Origin: Octopus vulgaris
Lineage: Eukaryota
Reading direction: 5' to 3'
Assembly (NCBI GenBank): GCA_951406725.2
Contig: OX597814.1
Location: 213,838,001-213,902,000 of the forward strand
Length of the DNA stretch: 64,000 nt
The notes beneath the pieces were generated by a model. It was not told the origin of the DNA. It saw nothing but the letters and a program-made list of their open reading frames with translations, and made no database searches. The position numbers were made by a program, and so were the translations under genes. Numbering within the stretch: the first letter of the stretch is position 1; the number at the start of each line of letters is the position of its first letter. This document shows positions 13,775 to 27,329 of the stretch, piece after piece.

Positions 13775-16120
13775 TTTTATAGCGTGCTTTCACTTCACTA
13801 CCGAGCGCAGCTCTGTGTGCCTTGGGTATGTGCTGTGATTTGTTGTGATGCTCTGATGGTTATTGTATGAAAATTGTTCTGCGCAGTATGTGTGCAGTGC
13901 CTAGTAGTGCAATTTTCTGTATGTTATATGTGTTTGTAAGTCCTGGTGTTTTTGTTATGTATTTGTCTGAATATTTTTTTATCATGCCTAATGCACCTAC
14001 TATGATAGGAATTGTTTCTGTTTTTAGATTCCACATTCTGGTCACCTCTATTTCCAGGTCTTTGTATTTTGAAAGTTTCTCCATTTCTTTTAGAGACACG
14101 TTGTCATCTGCCGGTATTGATACATAGAAAGCATTTTTTTCTTCATGATCTCTGACAACTATATCTGGTCTGTTGGTCTTAATTTCTCTATCTGTGTGTA
14201 TCGGCATATCCCAGAGTATGGTTGCTTTCTCGTTTTCTGTGACCTTTTCTGGTGTGTGCCTATACCATCTTTTTTCTGTTGTTATTCCATAATGTTGGTA
14301 TAGCTTCCAATGTATGTAGGTTCCAACTCTGTCATGTCTGTGAATACATTCCTTCTTAGCCAGGACTGGGCAGCTAGAGATAATATGATTTATTGTTTCT
14401 TGTCCATTTCCACATATTCTGCAGTTACTTGTTATATTTCTTTAAATTACATGTTTTTGGTAATTTCTGTTGGGGAGTCTTTGGTCTTGTGCTGCAATTA
14501 AAAATCCCTCTGTCTCTGCTTTGAGTCCTGAGCTTCTCAACCATTGCTGGGATTTTTCTTTGTCTATTTCTTTTGCGTTTAGTTTAGTCCAGTATTTACC
14601 ATGAAGGGGCTTTTCTTGCCATCGTTTTATCATGGTTCGTTGCTGTTCTATTTTTAGTTTGGATTTCATTTGTTTTATAGCTTTTGTTGTTTCTTTATCT
14701 TCTTCTTCCTCCTCATATCTAATAGGTGGTATTCTTGTTTGTATTTGTCAGCTTCCTTAAATACTGAGAACAGTTTTTTGTTTTGCTCGTGTTTTGCCGC
14801 TATTTGTATCAGTTTTCCTTCCTTCTGAAGTAGATATTTTTGTAGTCCTATGGTGGTTATTTTATAGTAGTTTTCCAGCAGTATAAGGCCTCTACCACCT
14901 TCTATACCTTGTATATATAGTCTTTTTATGTCAGATTTTGGGTGATGCATCCTAGATCCTGTCATTATTTTTCTTGTTTTCCTATCTATTTAGGTCAGTT
15001 CATTTAGTGTCCAGGTTTATGCTGTTTATAATTGATGTTGTTGTTTCGTCTATTTTGATTTTTGGGAGGTATGGTCGGTGGTCCATTTTGAGCTCTGTGG
15101 TTTTCAGTCCTTTGATTATTTTACTTTTTAAATTATCATAATCATTAGGCTCCCCTTCGTTGTTTCCAGGTTTTAGATTTGTGTCGCTTTCTTTCTTATT
15201 TATATGTTTGTTTGCCGTGTTTTGGCTTGGTGTTTGTCGTGTGTTATTATGCATCCTTACGGTCTGGGTTTGTTGTTTTTTGTTTACATGGTGTTTGTTG
15301 GGGATGTTATGTTTGTCTTCGTGTTTTACTGTTTCAGTGTTTATATTATTGGGCATTGTTGTGTGGCTTCTATCTACATTTTCCTGGTGTATTTTTTTCT
15401 TTTAGATGTTCTATTTCTATTTCTGATATTTTTTTGCGTTGAGAATGTATCTTCGTACGTTGGCTAGTTTATTAGGGTTCATTGCTGTATCCAAGTCTAT
15501 ATTTATGTTATTTTCCTTCCATATTTTATATGTATGTGTTGTTGTATTTTCATTTTGTGGGTAGAGCACTGCTGTGAAGTATGCGTGTAGGATAGAAATG
15601 TATTCCTCACGTGTCCATTTATGTCTTTTGGGTTTTATTTGCGGGACATGAGGAACAACGTCCGGCCCATTATTTTGACGGTCGTCATTTTCGTAGGGTA
15701 CGGTCCGTTCATTTCTGTTGTCACATTATTTCGCACGTGTAGTTTTTCGTACATTTTGTGTTGTAAGTTTAAAGTACGTACCTCCCGATTGTTATTCTTG
15801 GGCTGAATAATATCGGTGGTATTTAATTTCTTCGTAGTTCCTTTGTACATGGTGTTTGGGGTCGGGGATGATCTGGTGTTGATGGATTGTAATGTATCAC
15901 GCATATTTACATGTGTTGTGTTAGAGGTGGAGATGATATCGAGTCAAAATACATCATTTCGTTTCGAAAATAGTAATAAATTTTTATGAGTATTACTTAC
16001 TCGGATACAGTCCAATCCTTTGTTAGTAAATCTTTGGCTCCATACAATGTCCTTGTTTTCGATGTTTGTGGATAGATTTCGGAGCTCTGTTTTATCGTTC
16101 TTACATCTTAAACGTCCCCC
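13775..16120 (-). mobile_element. R4/Dong-clade RLE LINE with both ends retained but RT domain deleted, in (TAA)n
   Basis: HPKSDIKRLY..EGGRGL, LHGKY, LKAETEGFLIAAQDQ, CRICG..ETINHIISSC, NRPDIVV, KYKDL. Collinear with 38490-42875 except for a ~1.7-kb gap at 15009-15014. Confidence 0.9.
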
Positions 16121-16174
16121 GTTGTTATTATTATTATTATTATTATTATCATTATTATTATTATTATTTTTAGT

Positions 16175-16209
<35 letters not shown>

Positions 16210-16280
16210 CATTATTATTATTGTTATTATTATTATTATTATTGTTATTATTATCATTATTATTATTATTATTATTATTA

Positions 16281-16316
<36 letters not shown>

Positions 16317-16341
16317 CATTATTATTATTATTATTTTTAGT

Positions 16342-16376
<35 letters not shown>

Positions 16377-16420
16377 CATTATTATTATTGTTATTATTAT
16401 TATTATTATTGTTATTATTA

Positions 16421-16486
<66 letters not shown>

Positions 16487-16501
16487 CATTGTTATTATTA
16501 T
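16121..16501. repeat. (TTA)n microsatellite, imperfect
   Basis: Direct reading. Confidence 0.95.
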
Positions 16502-17082
16502 TGTGAGTGGATTTGGTTGACGGAAATTGAAAGCCCGTCGTACACAATCTATGTGTATATTTGTGTTTACCCCACACCATTGCTTGACAACAGGTGTTAG
16601 TTCGTTTACGTCCCAGTATCTTAGAGGTTCGGCTTCAAAAAATAAGTCCTGGGGTTGATTCGTTTTGTCTAAAATTCTTCAAGGTGGTGTCCCAGCATGG
16701 CTGCATTCTAATAACCGGAACAAGTAAAAGATAAACGTTAATTGCATACATCCGTAATCATATTTTTAATCAGACATAGTATGTTTAAAAATACATTATC
16801 CTATGCAGTTTGTCTCAGACAGTATTTTTGTAGCATGTCGAGTGATCACGTAGCAGAGTCATCGTTTGTTTGCCAATGACGTCAATGCTATTGGTACTGG
16901 TGCTAGATACTGTTGGCCAGGGATTATGTGTAACTGGAGTTACAGTGGCTAATGTTAAATATATGCAGTTGATGTTAAAAATCTGGCTTTACTAGATGAT
17001 TTGGAGCTAATATAATTCATTTAGCAGACACCTTGAAGGGATTCTAAGATTCTATAATGTTTTATATATATATAAGTGTTAG

Positions 17083-17184
17083 TGGCACCTTGGGCAAGTG
17101 TTTTCTACTATAGCCTCGGGCTGACCAAAGCCTTGTGAGTGGATTTGGTAGACGGAAACTGAAAGAAGCCCGTCGTATATATGC

Positions 17185-17218
<34 letters not shown>

Positions 17219-17435
17219 TTGTGTGTCTGTGTTTGTCCCCCTAGCATTGATTGACAACCGATGCTGGTGTGTTTACGTCCCCGTTACTCAGCGGTTCGGC
17301 ATAAGAGACCGATAGAATAAGTACTGGGCTTACAAAAGAATAAGTCCCGGGGTCGAGTTGTTCGATTAAAGGCGGTGCTCCAGCATGACCGCAGTCAAAT
17401 GTCTGAAACAAGTAAAAGAAAAAAAAAGAAAAGAA
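17083..17435 (+). mobile_element. SINE family A, 5'-truncated (an older partial copy lies at 16503-16735)
   Basis: ggcaccttgggcaagtg...internal (TA)/(TG)...ggcggtgctccagcatg tail. Confidence 0.85.
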
Positions 17436-17896
17436 ATATATATAAATGGAACAAAAATGCAATAGAGGGCATTAAAACGTTCGGACAGGTAGACGATACA
17501 AAGGCGAACAAAAGGTCTTTTAAGATTGCGTAAAAGTTGAAATAACTAACAACTAAAGCAGTAAAACATGCTGCTATAAATATTCAATTTACGACAAGAA
17601 AAGTGATTTAAGGCGATTATGGATAATTATAGAGAAAATGTATTTGATAATATATATGCATAAGAACAGTCAAGTTTGTTACTTCGGTTAAATGTTGCAA
17701 ATATAACAGTCAAATAGCTAATACACATACCAGGGTTAGTTTGGAATTTAATAACGAAAAATTTGCGGAGACGAATCAACTGAAGTCACTGTGGCGACAA
17801 TGACATATCTTCTTACTGCCTACGGAACAGACAATTTCTGACATGTTTTATAAAATTCTAGCAACAACGCCATCTACAGCTATAACAGCAGCGTTC

Positions 17897-17942
<46 letters not shown>

Positions 17943-18093
17943 GTGGTGGTGGTGGTGGTGGTGGTGGTGGTGGTGATGGTAGCGGTGGTGGTGGTGGTCT
18001 CAGCAACAACAATTTCAACGACTGCCATAGCAACAGAAACAAGAAAATAAGTTTTCAGGCTGTAAATTCTCACTGAAATCTTCAATAATAATA

Positions 18094-18163
<70 letters not shown>

Positions 18164-18232
18164 TCATTATTAGTAGTAGTAGTACAACAACAACAGCAGC
18201 AGTAGCAACAGCAACAACAACAACAATAATAA
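17897..18232. repeat. Compound trinucleotide microsatellites (TAG/GGT/TTA/CAA)
   Basis: Direct reading. Confidence 0.9.
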
Positions 18233-18462
18233 TATCTTACGCAAAATACTTTCTATGTAATCTCAAGTTTTATAACAAACACATACTTTTCTTATGGTTT
18301 CTTAAACATTTTCTAGAACGACACTATGTACAAAACCAAATATATGGCACCCTAGGCATAACACCAACTTAAACTTTCAACTTTTTTGTCTCTTGAGGTT
18401 TCTGGGTGAGACTTGGAGCCAACTTGTACAAATTGTAATGCAAAAGTCAAACATAAAATAAC
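18232..18462 (+). mobile_element. 3' end of second R4/Dong-type family (ILRKILSM* + 3' UTR)
   Basis: Homologous to the reverse complement of 42962-43185. Confidence 0.75.
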
Positions 18463-18776
18463 GACAGACCAAATAGATAAAGGAATGAACAAATATGTAA
18501 AATATTAAAATAAAATATTAAGCTAATGGAGGACTGAAAGGAAACGGTAATTACCATTCCATTACCAGCGTTATTGAGAATCTTATAAAATCGCTTCACA
18601 GACAATTTGATGTGTACGACATAAAAGCCTTTTCGTGACCGCTCAAGCAGCGGCTAGAAATAGCAACCAAATCATCCTCAAATCCCTTCCAGCATAAAAT
18701 TATGTGTGTGTGTGTATGTGTGTGTGTGTGTGTGTATATATGTATGTATGTGTATGTATGTATGTATGTATATATG

Positions 18777-18859
<83 letters not shown>

Positions 18860-18921
18860 ATAAAACGGTAAGATAACAAAAGAAAGAAAGAGACCTCAAT
18901 ATTATGTAAATAGAGGAAATT

Positions 18922-19168
18922 TATCTATACAATATGTTACATTACTCGGTAGTCAAGATAAAACTCTGAGTTTCAGATGCCGAAGTGGAAATCCACAACA
19001 CCATCTCTTCGGTTATCTGGCTATTTGAAAACGTTATCAACGTTATAACGTTATAACGTTTTCAAATAGCCAGATAACCGAAGAGATGGTGTTGTGGATT
19101 TCCACTTCGGCATCTGAAACTCAGAGTTTTATCTTGACTACCGAGTAATGTAACATATTGTATAGATA
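18922..19168. repeat. 247-bp near-perfect palindrome derived from a pLTR-like sequence
   Basis: Arms are exact reverse complements about the centre aacgtta|taacgtt, except for one unpaired C at 19038. Confidence 0.95.
19073..19133 (+). ncRNA. Hammerhead-ribozyme-like motif (mirror copy on - strand at about 18957-19017)
   Basis: GATAA-CCGAAGA-GATG...CATC-T-GAAA-CTCAGA-GTT-TTATC: stem I GATAA/TTATC, near-palindromic stem III, GUU triplet. Confidence 0.55.
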
Positions 19169-19194
19169 TATATATATATATATATATATATAAC

Positions 19195-20130
19195 ATACAG
19201 AAATGGGACAAGAACGCAAAACATCCAAACAGTTAGGTGATACAAAAAAAAAAGGGACAACAAAACATCCAGACAGGCGATACAAAGAAAACAAGGACGG
19301 CTCATTCGGAGTTTTCTTTCCTCGGTCGAGTTCCAGATTATCTTTGCAATTTCGGCTGGTTATACTCGATATTGCTCCAATCTGGCCAGCCACAAGGAAA
19401 AACTAAGCTAAGAGCACTAGATTCCTTGGAAGAAAGTAGCGAATGTATACGAAAACAAGAACGGAAAAAAACGGAGAAATGGTACGCAAATATAAATAAC
19501 AGGGCGTTAACAACATGTGTATTTCGACAAGGACGAATTAAATTAAGCTGCTGTGTGTGGAAGTAAAGCCTTGTGGCAAGATTTCCAGGCAATATAGATG
19601 TTGCACGGATGGTAGTCGAACCAAGAAAGAAAGATCAGGCTTGGCCGAACACCGGTCACGTTGGGAGAGAAGTAGAGGCAGAGGGGTAGAAGAATTAAGG
19701 AGGGGCGAGAAAAATTCTCCTCCTCCCATCCTACTCATACCAAGCTCTCTATCCCCTACTCCCAATTCCTCCGTCTGCGCAGCCTCTACAGTAATAACCA
19801 TGACTTTGAGACTCAGTCTCAACTCATGGCTTACCTCTTCATCCTTCATGGATATCCCCTCACCACTATCCACACAGCTCTTGCCAGAGCCCGTTCCGTG
19901 GACCGTACCTCTACTCTCTCTCCCGTAACACCGCCGTTCCCCGTCTCCCGTCTCCCCTCACCTACCACCCCTCCACCTTGCCCCTCCAACGCACCATTCT
20001 CCGAGCCTTCTGGCAACTCCAGTCCGACCCCTCCACCTCGCAGACTGGCAACTCCAGTCCAACTCCATCTCGCAGATCTTCCCCAACCTACTCCTTCTCT
20101 CCTTCAAACGCGCTCACAACCCGTGTGACC
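19195..20130. mobile_element. Penelope-like element: pLTR-like part (19195-19715, probably -) joined to RT-thumb coding remnant (19740-20130, +)
   Basis: + strand reads LSIPYSQFLRLRSLYSNNHDFETQ...LHGYP...ALARARSVDR, a typical PLE RT C-terminus. Starts at (TA)n. Confidence 0.7.
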
Positions 20131-20407
20131 TCCTGATCAAGTTGGTAATGACACAAGAAGCAGATCATGAAATTTTGGTAGTGATCTGGGAATTTTTATG
20201 GATTCTTGAAGGATTTTTCATTTGTTATATTTACTTTACATGAAGTATTACAATGTAACATTCTTTGATTATCTCCCTTGAACACACGATCATCGTTTTC
20301 ACGTAACCTATGATGGCGTTGCTGTTTCTAAAGTTTATTTTCGTTTCTCTATTAGCAATTTTACTCGCGTACCTATCTTAAAATGAATTGCTTCGCGGAG
20401 GTCTGCG

Positions 20408-20892
20408 GTGGATGACATGACAAGCCTTGACTATTGGGAGCGACTCAAAAAGCTCAGGCTTTGCTCCGTCCACCGCCGCTATGAGCTCTATATCATCTGT
20501 ATGATGTGGAAAATATTCCATCAACATTGCTCATCTCTAAAATTCGTCCGAGGCTTGGCCCCCATGCTATCCGTCCACTACAGAAATGTTCGTGTCGTAT
20601 CACAACACTATGACAGAACTATTTCACTTCAGTTGGCCCTACTCTCTTTAACATCGTGCCAGACACACATAATGGAAGAAAGTGACTTTACAGCATTCAA
20701 ATGATCCCTAGATGATTACCCCCAACAAATACCAGATAAACCACCCTCACTCAGATATGTCTCTGAAAACAATAACCCTCTGCTTGAATGAGCTACGGGG
20801 AACCGTAACTCATTCAAGCAGAGGGTGGTGCTATTGAATTAGGCATGACCTGAGTCAACTTCGACTGAAACTTATCTAAGTAATCTAATCTA
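20408..20892 (+). mobile_element. CR1-group LINE 3' fragment
   Basis: LDYWERLKKLRL.S..RRYE.YII; 3' UTR ggtggtgct...catg...gaaac with a short tandem tail. Related to 56080-56634. Confidence 0.8.
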
Positions 20893-21054
20893 TCCTGTAA
20901 CCTTTTAATCAAAGCATGACAACGTGGGTAGAGGCTGATATCTTAACATTTCTGATGGCCTTAAGTATAATAAAAATTATCAAAGATTTATATAGAACTA
21001 CATTAGGAGTATGTCTATAAGCTCTTGTGTTTAGACTTGGGTTTTAATAAAGCA

Positions 21055-21340
21055 ATCCGAAATTAGAAAAATCAAAAATCTGCAACAGTCTCGGTCCCAT
21101 GAGTATCGGATAATGGATTTTCAACTGTGTAAAGAAACTGATTGTGGTGATCGTAGTTTTGACGATGATTGTGGTGAAAGCAGAGACAGTGTTGATGATG
21201 ACGATGATCTAGATAAGTATGGGAGGAGGTTGTGTTTTTGCCGGCGCTGGTTTTGGAAATTGGGCGATTTTCAGCATGGGTGTATATGGGTGGAAATGAG
21301 CTGCTTGGCGGAGGTCTGCGCTCTCAGAGTTCTTTTCTAG
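21055..21340 (+). mobile_element. Helentron/HINE-like non-autonomous element 3' part (related end at about 20140-20407)
   Basis: Terminus ttggcggaggtctgcgctctcagagttcttttctag resembles the subTIR+hairpin ends of HINE-type elements. Confidence 0.5.
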
Positions 21341-21469
21341 CTACAAGAGTGAAAAAAAGAAAGCACCTTTTGACGTAAAGGGATGCAAACTCGATGCACC
21401 ACTTTACACTAAGAGGAATATGCATTCACACGAATATACACTCACACATTCACATACATACATGAACCT

Positions 21470-21695
21470 TTGGTTCACCTTTTCTGGAACCTCCCCGGCC
21501 TCCGGTTGAGCAGTGCCCTCCTCTAGTGGAGCTGTTCAGACATCCATGCAGCGACCGAATCCCATTGCTGTCCTGGGCGACGAGGAGACGACTTTATATC
21601 TAACATGGGTTGCCACGTGCAGGTCACTGACTACATGCTTCAAACCCGTCAGGTCTGCATGCTTCGCCACCTTCCCATCGCCGTAGGACTTCTGA
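21470..21695 (-). mobile_element. Probable RTE-clade 5' UTR fragment
   Basis: GC-rich island resembling RTE/BovB leaders; no coding motif seen. Confidence 0.3.
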
Positions 21696-21714
21696 ATAAA
21701 AAAATATATATAAA

Positions 21715-21870
21715 CAGGAGTGGCTGTGTATTAAGTAGCTTGCTTACCAACCAAATGGTTCCAGGATCAGTCCCACTCCGTGGCACCTTGGGCAAGCGTC
21801 TTCTGCTATAGCCTCGGGCCAATCAAAGCCTTGTGAGTAGATCTGGTAAACGGAAACCGAATGATGCCCG

Positions 21871-21942
<72 letters not shown>
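21715..21942 (+). mobile_element. SINE family A 5' half ending in (TG)n
   Basis: aggagtggctgtg...gtggcaccttgggcaag head. Confidence 0.85.
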
Positions 21943-21945
<3 letters not shown>

Positions 21946-22320
21946 GAATATGGAATTTCACTAACACGATTATGGCTGAAACTAACACCAATACCGATGA
22001 AAACAGAACTACTTCACCAGTAAGTTATTTACAAGTCAATTTTGTGAGTAGAACAGTAAAAATCTGAAAGACTTTTCTCAAGTTCCTGATGGGAATTTTT
22101 CTGTGTTAACTACATCCCAAGGATGAAGCCTTGTGTCTTTGTTGGAAATCGGCTCCCTCCTCAGTGGAAGATTTATAATAATTAAAAAGCAGCAAAGACA
22201 TACATACAAATATACACACACATACATACCTACTCATACAGTCATACACTCATAAAATATATATATATATATATATATACAGACACACCTACACATATAC
22301 AAACACACGAACACATACGT

Positions 22321-22374
<54 letters not shown>

Positions 22375-22379
22375 ATATA

Positions 22380-22480
<101 letters not shown>

Positions 22481-23212
22481 GCATATGACGAGCTTCAGTG
22501 TAATTTCCGCTTACTAAAGTCCATCGAAGACGTTAGTCACCTCTTGGTTACAAGACTACTGCAGAAAGCCCTTACTCGGGTGCTTCGCAGTAGGATCGAA
22601 CATGAATCTATGTGGTGGGAAAGAGAGTATATTAACTGCGTAGCTATGCCTGTGACTTATTCCCGAAAATAGCTATATGTATGTACTTGCATGTGTGAGT
22701 ATACACACACGTTATCACACACATTGTCTTTGTTATGCTATGGAATATATTTACATATCGGTAGTATACACTATTTTCTTGTACCAACGAATCAGAATAT
22801 ACTTTCAATGCCGCTTCTAGCAGTTTATATATGTCAGTACATGAACTGCATTAAGATTATTGGTTGTTTTTGATGTGCAGGCACAACGTTTGGCTGTCTA
22901 ATGTTTATTTATGGCTTTTATTGGCATTAACGTTTTGCGGTCAAATTTAACATATTGTGTGACGTGTTTATGTAACCATTTGTGTTGTGCAATGTAATAG
23001 TATTTTTATTAGCTTTTATTAATAGTGATATGGAACAAGGGCGTTGAATGCAGTCTTGTGTACATGATGGTTGGTATCGGTGTCTAGTTATTGCGAATAG
23101 GTAAAGGAAAACGTTCCTTCTTGTTTTTTAAAGTACATGTTGACTTCTTTCTGATATAGACTCCAGTAAAAAGAGCCTTCTTAATGGGTATTATAACTAC
23201 ACAAAGAAATAT

Positions 23213-23398
23213 GTATTTCTTTACTGTCCACAGGGGGCTAAACATAGAGGGGACAAACAAGGACAGACAAAGGGAATAAGTTGATTACATCAACCCCAGT
23301 GCGTAACTGGTACTTAATTTATCGACCCCGAAAGGATGATAGGCAAAGTCGACCTCGGCGGAATTTGAACTCAGAACGTAACGACAGACGAAATACCG
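23213..23398 (-). mobile_element. SINE family B, 5'-truncated
   Basis: Reverse complement of the tail and Meta-like domain. Confidence 0.85.
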
Positions 23399-23859
23399 GG
23401 AAATATGGTTACCCTATCATAAATACCATCGTACGATTATGGTATCATTAAACAAGAAATTGAATGAATGGCACAAATGAAATGGTGACAGAGACAAGTA
23501 CTAAACAACAGAAATAAGTGAGCTTGTAACAAAGACTTAATTGCAATTCCATTTAAGTGATATATAAACCAATTGGTTAGAATTCTTTGTGATTCTTAAA
23601 ATCGGCAGCAAGATCTATAATTTTCACCGAGATGCGACAACCGACTATTGGGACTCGTATTTTGAATTTTTTTTTTTTTGTTTGATCGGTATTCAAGTTA
23701 CAATAACCATATATTTTTCTGGCATATTCTACGATAACCATGTGGGGTTTTTTTCTCGTATATTCATCCCATTTTCAAGACAAAATATCTAAATTTGAAA
23801 GAGATTTAACAGCTAAGTTTAAGAAGTAGCACAACTGCTTAAAGAACCTGTGCTCTGAC

Positions 23860-24430
23860 CCCTGAGTTCACCTTGCCAGCTTCTGCTGTGACCGCCATCA
23901 CAATCAATAGGCATACAGAAATATACCGGTTATTAGAGAAAATACACATCTAGGTTAACTATACCACATACTGGTCATTCCTGAATGACGGAAGGCCATA
24001 TGTGTAGCAACAGCATCCGGTTCCTTGCCATACCTCCAGAAAGAGTCGGAAGCGGTTGTCGGGGAATTTCTAATTCATCAGCCCCGATTACTGGACTCCT
24101 AATTCCTCCGATCCTGATCTCATGAGTGGGGTGCGGTTTAAAAAGACACCAACCGCTCTGCCTGCAACATCAGGGACGAGCTGATAGTCAAGGTTAAGGG
24201 GATGTTTGAAGATCTTCCCAGGGACGCAGTGAAGAACACATGCGCCAGGTTCCAGAACCTTCTTGAGGTCGTGGTGGAACCTGCGGGCAACTACTATGAG
24301 TAAACTACTATCTCCCAGCCATAATCGAGTTAATATCTTTTGATTTTTTTAAAAGTATTTTTATTTTTTGATAGGATATTAAGTTTTCCTTTCCTTCTAC
24401 GCAAACTGTTAAATTTAGTCTAATTTAGCC
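23860..24430 (+). mobile_element. Tc1/mariner (maT/DD37D-like) transposase remnant
   Basis: GRPYV*QQHPVPCHTS..SPDYWTPNSSDP..RDAVKNTCARFQNLLEVVVEPAGNYYE*, equivalent to QQD.APCH / WPPNSPDLNP and the C-terminus. Confidence 0.75.
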
Positions 24431-27329
24431 GTTACTTGTATACTTCTGGTAGTCACTTGTGAATGGGATGTCAACTACACACGTAAACACCTTCATCGAA
24501 GATATTCTCTGACTAATTTTGAACTAAAAAAAAAGTTGGTTTCAAATTCCAGAGAAAATGATAAAATGAAACGAAATGGATGTTTTAACTAGAAATATAA
24601 AGATTCTTTTCAGAGATAGCTCAAATTTCAAAATTTGTCTCTAAAAATATTCCAAAAGTAACGTGGGAAATTATTGATATACATAATGCTTACAAAAATA
24701 TTTCTCTAGAAAGCAAGGAAATATTTTGTAAGTAAAAGCACTTAAGATCCATCATCAAATACTTTTAATAACTAATTTTGTAATTTGAGATTTAGTTTGA
24801 GAAATTTTTACAAGCCTATCCGTTTGATTCATTTATGGACTTTTGATTCATTTTATCAGTTGGCATATCATTTTATTTGATTTGATTTTAGCTCGCAGCC
24901 AGTGAGAAAATTTGTCTTTGGTGAAGGTTTCTACTGGAAATCCCAAGTAGACAGCAGAAACATGCATATATGTCAGTTTTAGGAACTTTGTCTCTCTTTC
25001 TTTCTCTACATATAATAAGACAACGGGGATTTCAGAAATTCGTCAGAATTTGTCAGAATTCACGGATAATCAAGACTAACGGAATGTAAAGAAGAAAAAT
25101 TGGATTTAGTATTCCGTTATTCCAATTAGTATCCAGTTATGAGACTGGAGACTGGAGAATTAGTATTCACAACGTTATGAAATACAAAATGACAAAGCTT
25201 TATGTAAAACCAAACAATATTAAATAAAATTTTCCACTAAACTTTTATTTATGCCAAGCCATCAGGCTTGGCATAAATACTAATATAGCCATTCCGGTTA
25301 AATAAATACATATAACGAGAGAGGATGGAATTCATACGATCATAGTAATAAATTATACAGCAAGCTGTCAGGCTATCAGATAAAACATTCAAGCGGAGGA
25401 TTATGAAGACAAATTGTCATCTAAGTTCCAGTTCCCAGATCTATGGTTACTTGACAGGGTGGCTAACTGACAGGTTTAGGGAACTAAAGATCTGTTGTAT
25501 AGATATATACTCGTGGAGAGATATGTATACTTAAAGATGAGGTGGAAATTTTGAAAGAGATGACAGTCTACAGTTATATTCTTGGAAGTGTCATTCATAG
25601 GAGAAAGAAAAAGTAGAAAGAGAAAATTGAGATATAGTTAAGATTTTGAAAGGTGCAGAATAAAGCTTTAAGACCGATACTAGAATTATGGATCAGTATT
25701 ATCGGATCATTTGAAGCTGAAAGTAAGTTGTTAGTTAAGAAGTAAGAGGCTAGTTATATAGGGTCAAAAAATTGAACGGGAAGAATTAGGATGTGAGGGT
25801 CATTTCAAGTAGAATTATCTGTGATAAAGTCGAAGTAGCACAAAGAATGGGAACACTATCTATAATACTATTAAAATTAAGTATATTACCTAAATGAAAT
25901 TTTCAAGAAAGTTTTATGGATTTGGTAGGAACAGCATTCGTTAGGCTGATTAATTACATCTGACCTGCACCAGAGAATTTCAAGCATTTCCATAGGAAAT
26001 AGTTATCAGCTACCCCACCCACTTTGTATAGAAATGTAGTACGTATAGTTGAGCGCGAGATGCTCCAAGGTGTCCTTTTATTATTAAAGGTATGAATGTG
26101 GTTCTGTATTTTAAATTGGAATTTACATATAATGGCACCAACGTAATAATGAACCTTATCACATGTTTTAACAGAATATTATAAACGAGAGTTAATCTTA
26201 TTTGCTGCGAAGTAGGCTATCCCAATACGTAGATATACAGGGAGAAGTCTAGACGTCTGAGAGAGAGTTGATAGCGGTCATCCGAACGTGCAACATAACA
26301 CTATTCTTATCTGCGAATTATCATTTGCCTATTTAGCGTTTGAATTTTTGTATGGGAACATGGAATATATTTCACCATGCGATTGATAGCATTCTTACTC
26401 ATATGCATGCAGTTATAATAGTTAACATTTCCAAGATGAGCTATATTGCTACGTCTATACATTTGTGAATACAGCCCACTGTCCTAAGGTATACTTACAA
26501 CGCTGTCATTATAATAGTTTGTTTGAGGAGAGAAAATCTCTTCGTTCGAGGAAAATCTGGAAACGCGTGCATACACACACACACATACAATCACAACACA
26601 CACATGCATACACAATCACAACACACACACACAATTACAAAACACATACACACATGCACGCATGTACATACAACGTATGGTGGACTCAGTTTCATGCTAA
26701 AATCCATGGGTAATGTAAGGGAAATTGCAATAAGTTAGCTACCGAGATGTGTGTATTTCAAAATCCCGTTCAATCTTGTTTCAACTCGTGTATTCTCATC
26801 TAAAATGGAGACAATTACCAACGCTTCCTTGTGGTATGTTGAGCAATTATGAACAATCCTTTTACATGAAACCAATGTTTGCTCTGTAAATCCACAAAGA
26901 AAAGATTAACTGTGTGTGTGTATGTGTGTGAAAGAAAATTTTCTTAAATCAAAAATTATTAATTGTTCTTTAAAATATTTAAAACACAGAATAACATGAA
27001 CCTTTTAGAAGTTTTCATTTACAGGTTCCAGATCCGCGAAGTGTTTCGTGCAGTATACATGTCAAATTCATGAAAGCATATGCGGTGTGTGTGCGTGTGT
27101 ATGTTCATGTATGCGCGGGTGTGCAAGATCGTGTGTGGTGATGGAGGCGTACGTGTTTATATGTCTGTGTCTGTCTGTGAACGTATCCGCCAATGTCCAC
27201 TATTAACATAGCCAATTCACTGGAACTACCATAAGACAGAGAGAAGGATAGACGACTTTGTACAAATATTTGTATCTTATTGTACACATGCACACATATA
27301 TTGATACTTATAGATAAATAGACATTCAC

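Noticed and set aside
17731-17819. In-frame TGA as possible selenocysteine
   Set aside because: No redox motif or SECIS was identified.
21972-22025. Possible first GPCR exon MAETNTNTDENRTTSP|gtaagt
   Set aside because: No signal peptide, acceptor or family motif; the donor may be chance.
23870-23950. Signal-peptide-like minus-strand ORF MCIFSNNRYISVCLLIVMAVTAEAG
   Set aside because: It abuts or overlaps the + strand transposase relic and has no independent support.
24480-26000. Traces of PLE endonuclease and CR1/L2 RT (similar RTE-like traces at 56700-57900)
   Set aside because: Too degenerate to delimit by eye.
27025-27085. Possible + strand exon after ttttcatttacag
   Set aside because: The donor is weak and runs into a TG repeat, and the Cys pattern does not fit the hormone-binding domain.
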